Shown in pieces: positions 19,958-30,906 of a stretch of DNA of 64,000 nucleotides. Under the pieces are notes generated by a model, which had not been told where the DNA came from, searched no databases, and worked only from the letters and a program-made list of their open reading frames with translations. The first letter of the stretch is position 1. The number at the start of each line of letters is the position of its first letter. Both the position numbers and the translations under genes were made by a program. The DNA comes from an uncultured Actinomycetota bacterium (lineage in GTDB: Bacteria; Actinomycetota; Actinomycetes; Streptosporangiales; Streptosporangiaceae): contig CAWEIQ010000007.1 in assembly GCA_963809195.1 (NCBI GenBank), forward strand, positions 19,209 to 83,208, given 5' to 3'.

Positions 19958-21331
19958 TCATCGGGCCCTGCGAGTGGTCGCGGCTGGCGAACGGTGCGCC
20001 GGGTACGCGGACCCGCGAAGCTTGTAGGCAATTATGGGCGTGTCACGTCCCTTGACCAGCTGTTCTGGCAGAGCCGCTAGCTCGGCCGGCATCGACAACG
20101 CACGTTTTGTTGCCTCAGAAATGACGGTCTCGCCTGCGGAGCCGAGTTGCTGCAGCCGCTGGCTCAGGTTCACCGTGTCGCCCACGAGCGTGTACTCGAG
20201 CCGCTCTTCGGAACCGAGCAGCGCGGCGGCAGCCTCGCCGGTGGAGACGCCGATGCCGAGTCCGAACGGCGGCAGTCCATCGGCCGTCCAGCCCGTGTTG
20301 ATCTCGTTCTGCAGCTCATGCATGGCCAGCGCCGCGGCGACCGCACGGTCGGCGTGGTCCGGCTGCGGGAACGGCGCGCCGAACACGGCCATCACCGCGT
20401 CGCCGACGAACTGCATGACGGTGCCGCCCTGGCCGAGAATCGCGCGGTTCATCGCCGCCCTGTGGCTGCCCAGCTGGCCCGCCAGCTGAGCGGGGTCGGC
20501 ATGCTCGGCGATCGTCGAATACGACCTGATGTCGCTCATCAGCACCGTGACCTGCAGGCGCTCGGTCTCGCCGATGCGCTGGCCGTGGTCCCTGATCTTC
20601 TCGGCGAGGCCGCCAGGCAGGAGCCGGGACAGGGTCTCGCCCTGCTCCTCCCGGTCGACGATGGCCTGGTGCAGCAGCCTGAGCCGGTTGAGCGCGCCCT
20701 GCTCGCCGGTGGAGACTCCGGCGGCCAGCTTGACGAACACGGTCTCGACGGCCGCATCGATGGCCGCCGGCGGTACGCGCTTGGCCGCGGCGATCACCTT
20801 GATGGTCTTACCCTCGGCGATCATGCTCAGCAGCTCTTCCTCGGCGGGCAGCAGGCCGCCAGGGGAGATGACCGGCCGGACCAGCGCCTCGACGATGGAC
20901 GGGTCCAGCGCCGTGCCGCCGGTCGCCACCTTGCGGATCGCGTCGGCGAGCTGGCTGCCCTCGGCGACCCGGTCCTTCAGCAGGTAGCCGTAGCCGGCCG
21001 AGCCCTCGGCCAGCAGGGTGACCGCATACTCCGGGTCGTCGTACTGGGACAGCACGACCACTCCTGTGCCTGGATGGCGCTTGCGGACTTCCTTGGCCGC
21101 GTCGATGCCCTCCCGGTGAAACGAAGGCGGCATCCGTACGTCGGTGACCAGCACCTGGGGCTCGGTCGCCCTGCAGCCGGTGACGACCTCGTCGTAGTCG
21201 GCCGCGAGCCCGACGACGCGCAGGTCAGGGTTGCGCTCGATGAGCGCGCGCACACCCTCGCGGACGATCAGGTTGTCGTCGGCGAGGAACACGCTGATCG
21301 TGCGCCTGTCCGGCGCGGCTGTCTGTTCCAT
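19958..21331 (-). CDS. Response-regulator receiver, GerE-like HTH and class III adenylate/guanylate cyclase fusion
   Basis: Intact 457-aa ORF. REC domain (VLVTDVRMPP), LuxR-like HTH (LLPAEEELLSMIAEGKTIKVIAAAKRV) and cyclase core (VTVLMSDIRSYS, FVGDAVMAVFGAP, YTLVGDTVNLSQRL). Confidence 0.85.
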   Translation of the reverse strand: MEQTAAPDRRTISVFLADDNLIVREGVRALIERNPDLRVVGLAADYDEVVTGCRATEPQVLVTDVRMPPSFHREGIDAAKEVRKRHPGTGVVVLSQYDDPEYAVTLLAEGSAGYGYLLKDRVAEGSQLADAIRKVATGGTALDPSIVEALVRPVISPGGLLPAEEELLSMIAEGKTIKVIAAAKRVPPAAIDAAVETVFVKLAAGVSTGEQGALNRLRLLHQAIVDREEQGETLSRLLPGGLAEKIRDHGQRIGETERLQVTVLMSDIRSYSTIAEHADPAQLAGQLGSHRAAMNRAILGQGGTVMQFVGDAVMAVFGAPFPQPDHADRAVAAALAMHELQNEINTGWTADGLPPFGLGIGVSTGEAAAALLGSEERLEYTLVGDTVNLSQRLQQLGSAGETVISEATKRALSMPAELAALPEQLVKGRDTPIIAYKLRGSAYPAHRSPAATTRRAR

Positions 21332-21397
21332 CCAGCTAGTTTTCGCACGCCGGCCATGGTCGGCGCCAGGGAGTGAGCCTCCGCAATTGACGTGGTG

Positions 21398-23765
21398 CTA
21401 ACACACCTCGGTTGGCCTGCCACCCACGTGCCGCGCGCGGCGGGGTCGATAACGATGGCGAGAGCGGCCGACGGTGATGGCCGCCGACTGCCAGAGCACC
21501 GTCGCTATGACCTGACGAACCGCTGAGGCCGAGCGTCTTGAGGACCGCGAGGTCGCGGCGTCGTCGGCGGGCGCCTGCTGACGAGGACGTGGCTCAGCGA
21601 CGCGATCGCCAGGAATGCCAGGACGAGCCCGAGGACGAGCGGTGGGCATCGCGCGCCAGCGACAGTTCCTGATGTCGCCGGGCCGCTGATCAGCGGTGAT
21701 GAGGCAGAGGCCACGCGGGCACCCGGCTCTGGCGACGGCCGCGGCGAGGCCGGCCATGGCCGAGCGTCCATGCTGGCGCCAGGCTTGAAGCGGATCGAGA
21801 ACGAAGTTGTAGCAGGTCAGGCCGCCTGTGCAGATGCGGAGGATCTGGCTTGCGAGAGCACGGAGGCGGCAACCGCGGCGCCGGTGCCAAGATCTGTCGC
21901 CGCAGACGTTGCCTGACTGAACAGCGGGAACACGGCTCACGCCGACGATGCGCATCCGGCCGTGACCGGCGGCCGATCGTGACCGGCACGCGCTGGCCGC
22001 GGCGAAGCCGCAGTGAGCGCATGGTTCGCTCGCCGAGGACGATCTGACCCGGTCCGGTCGGCGCGTGTCCGGCGAGCAAGGTGAGAAAACGGCCGCCGGC
22101 GAGCGGGTCGAACGCCGATCGCGGGGATCGCCGAGCCCGCGATCTCGACCTGCGCCGTAGTTGCCGCGCCGCGTAGCCGTGCACATCGGGCGAGCTAGAC
22201 ATCACCGCGCGCACGGCGGCGGCCGGAATGGCGTTGAACTGCAGGTTCAGCTCGGCGGACCAGTTCTGCCCGTACCGGTGCGGCGCGCTTATCAGAGCCG
22301 AGCAAACCCGATCGGCGAATACGAAGGCGGCGGTCATCGCCGTCGCAGCCACCGCGATCGCGCCGATGGTGCTCCGCACCGGCACCGCCGTTCGCCCGGC
22401 ACCGGGCTCGAAGGCGAGCCTGACGCCCAGCGCGGCGGTGAGCGATCCGGTCGCGGCTCAGCCAGCCTGCTACCAGCGACGGACGCGGCCGCGACGGCCC
22501 AGCCTACGCGTGTCTCCCCGGGCGTGACCAGCACGGCGATCCAGGCGACGGGGATCATGAGGGCAAGCGGCAGCGTCGCGGTGAGGAGCGAGCCCGACCC
22601 CGAGGATCGCGAGATTGACCTCGAAGCCGGGGGCTGGGCTCAGCCAGCCTGGCGGGTCCGATCGGCATCAGCGGCGACGCCGCGATCGCCACTGCCGGCG
22701 GCGAGAACAGCGCCAGGGCACGGTCACGGTGGCCAGCCGGGCGATGGACACAGCGGCCAGTCTGCGGCTCTGGACAGGCCGAGCGCGTGCAGAGACGGCG
22801 AGGTCCGTCGGCGTCGGCGGACAGCTCGCGGCTCAGCAACTGGGCGGCGACAGCGAGGACGATGAGGAAGGCCAGGACGGCGAAGCGCGAGTAGCGTCGA
22901 TGGCCTCAGGGCGGATCGCTCGCTCGGTGGCCGCGACCTGACCGGCCTTCCTGATCAGGCTGAGCGTCCCGGCGTGGTGCCGCCCGGCCACCCGGTCGGC
23001 CGCGCGGGCGAAGGCCGCGAAGCTGACGCCGCGTCCGCAGGCGGACGCCAGCGTAGTCGCCTGGTCCGAACGCGCCGGCCAGCGTCCTGACCGCCAGAAC
23101 GCGGGCGTCAGCAGCACCCGCGGCGCGCCTGCTCAGCCCAGGACCCGGGACGACGAGGTCGTCGAAGGTCACGATCGCCGACACGTGAGAACGTGAGCGG
23201 CGCCGGTGCGCGCCGTGGCGCCTGCGGCGCGCCGATCGCCGCGCGGTGCCGGCAGGCCTTGGCGAGTGCTGGGGATACCGCTCAGCCGCAGCGTGCTGCC
23301 AGGCCGGAGGTGCTCGCGGGCCAGCGAGTTGCTCGTCGACCATGACCGCGTGCCGGGTTCGCCGGGTCGAACGAGCCGCCCCGCCATCGACCTTGACCCG
23401 GTCGGTGGCGAAGCCGAGCTTGCCGTCCGGACTGGCCACGACGTCCACCTGGGGCGGCGCGGGCGCCGGCGGCCCGGCGGCAGCGCCATCTCGTAGACCA
23501 CGCCAGTCCACATCGACGCAACCTGCGGCAGCCGGCCGAGCGCTTGGTAAAAGCCGCCAAAGCCAACGCAGCCGGGCAGCACCAGCACGTCGCTGGCGCG
23601 GCTCCAGCGCAGCAGCCTGCCGGATACGCGGTCGTCGGTGCGGCGCGCGCCGGCGGCGGCGGTCAGCGCCACGCCAGCGACGAGCCCGAAGATCACTGCG
23701 AGGGCGAGCACGGTCCGCCAGCGCAACCGCAGGTGCGAGCGGACCGCGAGCGCAACAGGCGTCAT
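21398..23765 (-). pseudogene. FtsX-family (MacB-type, double FtsX) ABC permease, copy B; many frameshifts and 3' truncated
   Basis: The N-terminus MTPVALAVRSHLRLRWRTVLALAV starts at 23765. Paralogous blocks (HRYGQNWSAELNLQ, GGRFLTLLAGHAPTGPGQIVLGERT, CYNF) are scattered over at least 6 frames. The final ~50 codons present in copy A have no counterpart before the cyclase gene. Confidence 0.7.
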
Positions 23766-23776
23766 GAGAATGGCCC

Positions 23777-26218
23777 TCACTCCGCACGGAAGACTGCCGC
23801 GGGCCTGATGCGCGCAGCGGTCCAGCCGGGCATGGCGGCCAGCAGATTGGCGACGAGCAGGGCGGCGGGAACCACCGTGAGCACGATGAGCACAGGGATG
23901 CTCGCGCCTGTGGCGATCCCGACCGACCTTGCGAACAATGCCCACAGCCATCGGCCTGCCACGGTGCCGAGCGGGACTCCGATGATGACACCGGCCACGG
24001 CGAGGGCACTGGCCTGCCAGGCCACAACCCCCATCAGCTGAGTCCGGCGCATGCCGAGCGTCTTGAGCACCGCGAGGTCGCGCCGCCGTCGGGAGACCGC
24101 AGTGAACAGGACGTGGCTGAGCGTTCCGATGGCGAGCAGGCTGAGGACGAGGCCGAGCACGAACGGCGTATCCCGAACGCCGCTGTAGTTCTGAATGTCC
24201 GCGGGCTGCTGGAACCGCGTCACCAGGCACAGGCCTGGCGGGCAGTGGGCGCGCGTGACGGCCCGTTCGAGCTGCGCGCGCGCCTGCGCGAGGTCGGTCC
24301 CGGGCCTGAATCGGAGCAGGAAGAAGTTGTAGCACGTCGCGGCGGCTCGCGCAGAACGGCGGATTCGGCCTGGACAGCGCCGTCGCAACGACCGCGGCGC
24401 CGCTACCCAGGTCGGTGGCTGACCCGCCGCCACGCTGAACGAGGCGAAGACGGCCGACCCGACGATCTTGAGCCGTGATCGGCCGACCCTCACGGTCTGG
24501 CCGATCTGCTTGTGCAGGAGGGCCAGCGTGCGCGCACCGAGGACGATCTGGCCGGGCGCCGCGGGCGGGTGACCGGCGAGCATGGTGAGAAACCCCCTGC
24601 CATGCACCTGGTCAAGGCCGATCGCGGCCACCCGCTGGCCGTCGATCGTGAGCTGGCCGTAGTTGCCGGCGGCGTAACCGGTCAGACCGTGCGCGGCCCC
24701 CAGTACCGGTGCGGCCGCCTGCATCGGCACGCCGCTGACCTGCAAGTCGAGCTCGAGTGTCCAGTTCTGCCCGTATTCGTGCGGACTCTCGACCAGGCCG
24801 AGCAGGTTCGCGCCGAAGACGAACGCCGCTACCACCGAAGCGACAGCCACGATGGTCCCGACCAGCGCGCTGCGCACCGGGACTGCCGTGCGGCCCCGGC
24901 CTGGCTCAAGTGCCATCGGCACGCCGATGCTCCCGGTGACCGAGCCGACCGCCCGCAGCGCCAGCCCGATCCTGGCGGGACGCTCCGTGGCCGGCAGGTC
25001 GGCGACGCCCAGCAAGCCCGCGGACCTGGACGCGGCGTGCCACGCGGCGGGCCCGGCCAGCAGGAGCGGCAGCAGCGCGATCGCGGCAAAGCCCGCGCCC
25101 AGAATGGCCGTGTTGACCTCGACGCCGGGAGCCGGCTCGGCGATCCGGGCGGGCCCGATCGGCATCAGCGGCGACGCGGCGACCGCAAACGCAGTGGCGA
25201 CAGTGCCCGCGGTGATGGTCACGAGTCCAGCCCTGGCCAGCGAGGCGATCGCCAGCTTTGACCTGCTCATGCCCAGCGCCCGCAGGATGGGGAACTCCAA
25301 GCCGTCGAGGGCAATCTGGCGGCCGAGCAACTGCGCGACGACTGCGAGCCCGATAAGGCCGGCCAGGGCCGCGAAGATCGCGAGCGCGATCGCCTGTGGC
25401 CGGATCGCGCGCTGAGTGGCCGCGTACTGGGTGGCCAGGTTGACGATTCCGACGCCGCCCACTTTGAAGCGCGTCCCGAGCGCGGTCGCCGCTTCGGTGA
25501 AAGCTGCCTGACTCGCGCCACGACGCAGCAGCACGCTCGCCGCACCGCCGGCAGGGTTGTAGCTCTGAGCGGCGGCGAGTGCGTGCGAATGCGGGACTCA
25601 GCAGCGCGGTCGGCTCGGCGAGCTCGTGCGTGGCAGAGACGACCTGGTCAGCGAAGATCACGACCGCGGACACGGTGAAGGCCAGCGGGACCGCGCCGTG
25701 CGTTGCTCCGCTGATCGGTTGGCGTCTGCCGGTAGGCGACGAGCCTGAGCGTGCTGCCAGGACGCAGGTGGTACCGGCGGGCCAGCAGCTCGTCGATCAT
25801 CACCTCGCTGCGGATCCCGGGCACTGAACGGGCGGCCCGAGATGATCCTGGACCCGGTCGACGGAGACTCCGGCGGCGCCGTCCGGACTGCCCTCGAAAA
25901 CGACGCTCCTGACGAGCGGATGACCGGGTACCTGAATTGCCATGTCGTAGAACGCGGTCGTTGCCATCCGCCGTACCTCAGGCAGGCGCTCGCAGCGCAC
26001 GGAAGAAGCCGTCAAACCCGCCGACGGTCGGAGAAACCAGGAGCTGCGATGCGTGGCTCGACCTGAGCAGCCGCGGATAGGCGGTGTCTGTGCGCCGCGC
26101 CCCGGCCGCGGCGGTCAGCGCGATGTCCGCCCATCAGCCCGGCTAGCAGCGCGAGGCCCAGCAGCCCACGCCAGCGCAGCCTGGTGGCCGACCGGAGGTA
26201 CAGCCACATCGCGCCCAT
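23777..26218 (-). pseudogene. FtsX-family (MacB-type, double FtsX) ABC permease, copy A; frameshifts in the N-terminal third
   Basis: ORF 23777..25534 gives 585 contiguous aa that include both FtsX TM bundles. The N-terminus (MGAMWLYLRSATRLRWRGLLGLALLAG) is in ORF 26012..26350, and the connecting segment switches frames several times. Confidence 0.75.
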
Positions 26219-26403
26219 GGTGGCTAATTTCAGCGACGAGCTGACCAACCCGTCAAGCAGGCAAGCACCCCCGTCAATTGTGGTGCTGCCATCCACGATC
26301 GACGCCGCCGCGGCGGCGGAAACCGATGTGGTGCTAGGCACACCACGCACCCACTAGTCACCACGCTGGCCTGCTCTGGCACGGCAGGGTGCATGGTCGT
26401 GGT

Positions 26404-27405
26404 ATGCGATACGAGAGCAGCGTGACCTCACTGTCCTGGATCCCGTCGGAGGCCGTCACCGGAAGCACCCGTATGGCCTTCGACTCGGGGATCACCCACT
26501 ACGACGACCCGCCGCCCGCCCAGATAGACGATCTGGAGGCGCTGCGGGCCGCGGACAAGTTCCGGTTCGCGAACGTGCTGCGGGCCTGGATCGAAGTCGA
26601 CGACGGCCAGATCACCGGCTCTGGCTACAGCGGCGGCGGCTACATCGGCGACACCAACGTCAGGCTGGGCGCGCTGCGGCACGTGTTCCAGAACGCGCTC
26701 CTGCCTGATCTGCGCCGCGAGCCCGAGCACGGCGACGGGTCGGTGAAATTCACCCAGACGGTCGGCGGCCGGACGAGCGTGCCGGCGCCGCGCAAGGTCT
26801 CTCACCCTCCGTATGTGCAGTGGCAGGCACCGCTGGTGTGGACGACGATGACGCTGACCTTGCGCGCCGACGGGACCGCGGAGAGCTCGATGAGCGGAGC
26901 GAGCCGGTTCCCGAGGCACTGGATCTACGACGACAAAGGTGCGCTCACCCATAAGTCAGGGCTGACCGACTACACCGACTGGATGGCCAAGTCGTTCGGG
27001 CGCCACACGCCATGGGGCGACGAGGACTCCGAGGCCCTCGTGACGGCGGTGGAGACCGCCCTGGAGCACTCGCTGTCCGTGCAGCTGATGCACGGCGCGG
27101 CCAAGCCCGCGATCACCAAGCTGCCGGCCGGTGCCGCGCTGGTCAGCCAGGGCGAGCCGGGCAACGACATCTACCTGGTGCTCGACGGCGTCATCCGGGT
27201 CGAGCGGGACGGCGAATGGCTGGCCGAGTACGGGCCAGGTGCCCTGCTCGGCGAGCGCGCGCACCTCGAGGGCGGCGTGCGGACGTCGACCCTTACCGCC
27301 GTGACCGCGTGCCGGGTCGCGGCCGTTCCAGCTGCGCAATTCGAGCGTGCAGCGCTCGAGGAACTGGCCGGCGGGCACCGCCGCGAAACCTTCGGGCAGG
27401 CTTGA
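26404..27405 (+). CDS. Cyclic-nucleotide-binding domain protein with an uncharacterised ~220-aa N-terminal domain
   Basis: C-terminal cNMP fold (LVSQGEPGNDIYLVLDGVIRVER...GPGALLGERAHL...RTSTLTAVT). I do not recognise the N-terminal domain. Intact. Confidence 0.8.
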   Translation: MRYESSVTSLSWIPSEAVTGSTRMAFDSGITHYDDPPPAQIDDLEALRAADKFRFANVLRAWIEVDDGQITGSGYSGGGYIGDTNVRLGALRHVFQNALLPDLRREPEHGDGSVKFTQTVGGRTSVPAPRKVSHPPYVQWQAPLVWTTMTLTLRADGTAESSMSGASRFPRHWIYDDKGALTHKSGLTDYTDWMAKSFGRHTPWGDEDSEALVTAVETALEHSLSVQLMHGAAKPAITKLPAGAALVSQGEPGNDIYLVLDGVIRVERDGEWLAEYGPGALLGERAHLEGGVRTSTLTAVTACRVAAVPAAQFERAALEELAGGHRRETFGQA

Positions 27406-27409
27406 CCTC

Positions 27410-28252
27410 ATGCGCCTACAGCTGTGCGGCGTCCGAGGTTCTACACCGGCCCCCGGTCCAGAGTTCGTTAGATACGGCGGCAACACGTCGTGTGTCGCTG
27501 TGAGCGGCGACGAGGACCTGATTCCCACGCTGATCCTGGACGCCGGCACAGGACTGCGACAGGTGACGCCGCTGCTCAACGGTGAGCCGTTTCGCGGCAC
27601 GATCGTGCTGTCGCACCTGCACTGGGACCACGTACAGGGGCTGCCGTTCTTTCAGGGCGGCGACACAGAAGACGCGCAGGTCACGCTGCTGATTCCGGAG
27701 CAGCCCGGCGGGGCGTCTGCCGAGGACGTGCTCGCGCTCAGCATGTCCCCGCCGCACTTCCCGATCACGCCGAGCCAGCTTCGCGGGCAGTGGACGTTCG
27801 GCACGCTTCCGCCAGGCGAACTGCGTATCGGCCCGTTCACGGTCCTGGCGCGCGAGATCCCGCACAAGGGCGGAACGACATACGGGTACCGGATCAGCGA
27901 CGGCAGATCGGCTGTGGCGTACATGCCTGACCACTGCCCGACGAACCTGGGCCCCGGTCCCGAGGGGCTCGGCGAGTACCACGACGCTGCGCTTGACCTC
28001 GCGGCGGGAGCCGACGCCCTGATCCACGATGCTTCGCTGCTGCCGCAGGAGGTGCCAGCCCAGGCCAGCTTCGGCCACGCCGCCGCCGACTACGCGGTCG
28101 GGCTTGGCGTCCGCGCGGGCGCTCGCCGGGTCGTGCTGTTCCACCACGGGCCGGATCGCACGGACACCGAGCTTGACAAGCTGGCTGGCAGGCTTGCCGA
28201 CGCTCCCGTACCGGTTATCGTCGCCGCAGAGCGTGAGGTGCTGAGCCTGTGA
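27410..28252 (+). CDS. MBL-fold metallo-hydrolase (possible cyclic-nucleotide phosphodiesterase)
   Basis: HxHxDH motif LSHLHWDHVQG. It starts 5 nt after the cNMP-binding gene stop. Intact. Confidence 0.8.
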   Translation: MRLQLCGVRGSTPAPGPEFVRYGGNTSCVAVSGDEDLIPTLILDAGTGLRQVTPLLNGEPFRGTIVLSHLHWDHVQGLPFFQGGDTEDAQVTLLIPEQPGGASAEDVLALSMSPPHFPITPSQLRGQWTFGTLPPGELRIGPFTVLAREIPHKGGTTYGYRISDGRSAVAYMPDHCPTNLGPGPEGLGEYHDAALDLAAGADALIHDASLLPQEVPAQASFGHAAADYAVGLGVRAGARRVVLFHHGPDRTDTELDKLAGRLADAPVPVIVAAEREVLSL

Positions 28253-29688
28253 GCCGCACACCCGACGCGGTTGTGGTCGGCGCTGGCCCGAACGGGCTCG
28301 CCGCCGCGATCACGCTGGCCAGGGCGGGCCTCGCCGTTGACGTCTTCGAGGGCGCTGATGAGCCAGGCGGCGGGTGCCGCAGCGCGGAGCTCACGCTGCC
28401 GGGGTTCACCCACGACATCTGCTCGGCCGTGCATCCCCTGGCCGCCGGGTCGCCGTTCTTCCAAGGCACAGACCTCGCGGGGCGCGGTGTGAGGCTGCTG
28501 TACCCGAAGGTCGCGTTCGCCCACCCGCTCGATGGCGGCCGCGCGGCGGCCGTGGTCGGCTCGGTCGAGGAGACGGCGGCCTTGCTCGACGCCGATGGTG
28601 CGCGTTACCGGCGCCTGATGGGGCCGCTTGTGCGCGACGCCGACGACATCGTGCCCGAGGTTCTCGCGCCGCTTCGGTCGCTGCCCGCGCACCCGGTTCC
28701 GATGGCCAGGTTCGGCCTGCCCGGGCTGCTCCCGGTCGCCGCGATCGCTCGCCGGTTCAGGACCGACGAGGGCAAGGCAATCCTGGCCGGGGCGGCGGCG
28801 CACGCGATGCTTCCGCTGAGCACGCCGCTGACCGCCGGATTCGGGCTGCTGTTCACCCTGCTCGCCCACGCGCTCGGCTGGCCCGTCGCGGAGGGCGGCA
28901 GCGCGGCGATCACCGCCGCGCTGGTCAGCGAGATCGAGGAACTGGGCGGCACCGTCACGACCGGTTGCACGATCAAGTCGCTGGACGAGCTTTCGCAGGC
29001 CAGAACCGTCCTGCTGGACGTTTCGCCGCGGCAGTTCGCCAGGATCGCGGGGGACCGCCTGCCGCGGCGCTACGCACGCTCGCTTGAGCGGTTCAGGTAC
29101 GGGCCAGGCGTGTGCAAGGTGGACTGGGCCCTCGACGGCCCGGTGCCCTGGCAGGCCGAAGTCTGCCAGCAGGCTGGCACCGTTCACGTGGCTGGGACAC
29201 TGGCCGAGGTGGCCAGTAGCGAAGCCGACGTCGCTGCGGGCCGGCACCCGGAGCGGCCTTACTGCCTGCTCGCGCAGCCTGGCGTCATCGACCCGACCAG
29301 GGCGCCCGCCGGCAAGCAGACCTTGTGGGCCTACTGCCACGTGCCGTCGGGGTCGGACGTGAACATGGCCGACCGGATCGAGGCGCAGATCGAGCGCTTC
29401 GCGCCCGGCTTCCGCGATCTGATCCTGGCCAGGTCCGTCAGGACCGCGGTGGACATGGAGCGGCACAACCCGAACTACGTGGGCGGCGACATCAACTGCG
29501 GAGCGGGGACCCTGCGCCAGACGATCTTCAGGCCGTCAGTCCGCTGGAACGAGTACCGGACGGCGCTGCCGGGGGTGTACCTGTGCTCAGCGGCGACACC
29601 GCCGGGCGGCGGCGTGCACGGCATGTGCGGCGCGGGCGCCGCACATGCCGCCCTCGCAGACCTTGGTCGTGCGAGGCGCGAGCGCTAG
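28249..29688 (+). CDS. Phytoene-desaturase-family NAD(P)/FAD-dependent oxidoreductase
   Basis: N-terminal dinucleotide fold VVVGAGPNGLAAAITLARAGLAVDVFE. 479 aa. The GTG start overlaps the MBL stop (GTGA). Confidence 0.8.
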   Translation: MSRTPDAVVVGAGPNGLAAAITLARAGLAVDVFEGADEPGGGCRSAELTLPGFTHDICSAVHPLAAGSPFFQGTDLAGRGVRLLYPKVAFAHPLDGGRAAAVVGSVEETAALLDADGARYRRLMGPLVRDADDIVPEVLAPLRSLPAHPVPMARFGLPGLLPVAAIARRFRTDEGKAILAGAAAHAMLPLSTPLTAGFGLLFTLLAHALGWPVAEGGSAAITAALVSEIEELGGTVTTGCTIKSLDELSQARTVLLDVSPRQFARIAGDRLPRRYARSLERFRYGPGVCKVDWALDGPVPWQAEVCQQAGTVHVAGTLAEVASSEADVAAGRHPERPYCLLAQPGVIDPTRAPAGKQTLWAYCHVPSGSDVNMADRIEAQIERFAPGFRDLILARSVRTAVDMERHNPNYVGGDINCGAGTLRQTIFRPSVRWNEYRTALPGVYLCSAATPPGGGVHGMCGAGAAHAALADLGRARRER

Positions 29689-29722
29689 CGCTGGGGCTCG
29701 CGCTGCTGGGCCGCGTTCGCCG

Positions 29723-30661
29723 CTACCTGTGCTGGGCGTGCTGAGCGCGCTCGGCAGGATCAGGCGGTGCCGCCGCCGGGACCGCTCCCATGATCATCGA
29801 GTCGCCCCGGAACAGCGGGTTGTCCCTGACCTGCCGTTCGATCGACGCTGCCGACATCGTGTAGCCGATGAACAGGAGCAGCGAAATGGCCTCCATCACG
29901 ATCCACAGCCAGTGCGACGCGAGCTGGGTGCTCCAGTCGTTCAGGCCGTGCAGCAGCGCGGGCAGCGTGATGCCGAACAGGATCAGCGGAATCCGGCGCC
30001 TGCGGTAGTTCACGCCCATCCCGATGAAGAACGCCGCGATGCCGGCCCAGACGGCATGCTGGAACCCGTCGACGAACACCCGCTGCGCGAAGGTCAGGAT
30101 CAGCGGAACCGCCAGCCCCGCCTTGTGGTTGCCCTGCGTCAGGTAGCTGGCCGTGTAAAAGACCGACTCCCTGACTCCGAACGCGAGCCCTGCGATGGTC
30201 CCGAGGAACATCCAGACGCGCACGTCGAGGGTGATTTTCCAGACCCAGCGGAGCAACAGGGCTCCGACGAGAATCGGGAGCGCCTTCGTGACCTCCTCGG
30301 CGAACCCGACACCGTAGATCCACGGCAGCAGGTTGTGATTGGCCGCGGTCTGGTCGAGCGCATTCTCCCAGGGCAGCGTCACGGTGGGGAGCAGCACCAT
30401 GACGCCGGCCACGATCGCGATGGCCAGCCAGCCGATCAGCTTGGTGATGTGGCCTGGCCTGATCAGCAGCCAGAAGGCGACCGCCCAGAGCGGCGCGATC
30501 GCGAGGCTGTAGGCCCAGCCAGGCGCGCTGAGGTCGCGTGTCGCTGAGAAGAGCACGACGAACAGGGACGGCAGCAGTCCGTAGGCGATCACGAGCAGCC
30601 GGGAACCCTGTTTCCAGCCAGGGTCCTTCAGCCAGCTTCTGACCGGCACGAGGATGTGCAC
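29723..30661 (-). CDS. PrsW-family intramembrane protease domain; probably the C-terminal part of a split FHA-PrsW gene
   Basis: Multi-TM protein with FAEEVTKALP and HAVWAGIAAFF motifs. Its frame stays open upstream of the annotated GTG all the way into the FHA ORF. Confidence 0.75.
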   Translation of the reverse strand: MHILVPVRSWLKDPGWKQGSRLLVIAYGLLPSLFVVLFSATRDLSAPGWAYSLAIAPLWAVAFWLLIRPGHITKLIGWLAIAIVAGVMVLLPTVTLPWENALDQTAANHNLLPWIYGVGFAEEVTKALPILVGALLLRWVWKITLDVRVWMFLGTIAGLAFGVRESVFYTASYLTQGNHKAGLAVPLILTFAQRVFVDGFQHAVWAGIAAFFIGMGVNYRRRRIPLILFGITLPALLHGLNDWSTQLASHWLWIVMEAISLLLFIGYTMSAASIERQVRDNPLFRGDSMIMGAVPAAAPPDPAERAQHAQHR

Positions 30662-30906
30662 GGCGGTAGCGAAGTCGCCGCCCGGCGAGTCGAGCCTGGC
30701 ATGGTGCGCGGGCAGGTGCTGGTAGATCGGGCTTGAATGGCTGCCTGAGATGTCGCCGCGCCACAGCTCCTCGCGGTGGACGGCGCTGGGGTGCCTGGTT
30801 GTGCCCGTGGCTGAGGCATCGGCGCCCGCGGGCGCGGCCTTGCTGCCGGCCTCAGGCCGGTCGGTGGCGTACGTGCGGGGACTGGTGTCGGCCTGGTCCT
30901 GGCTGG

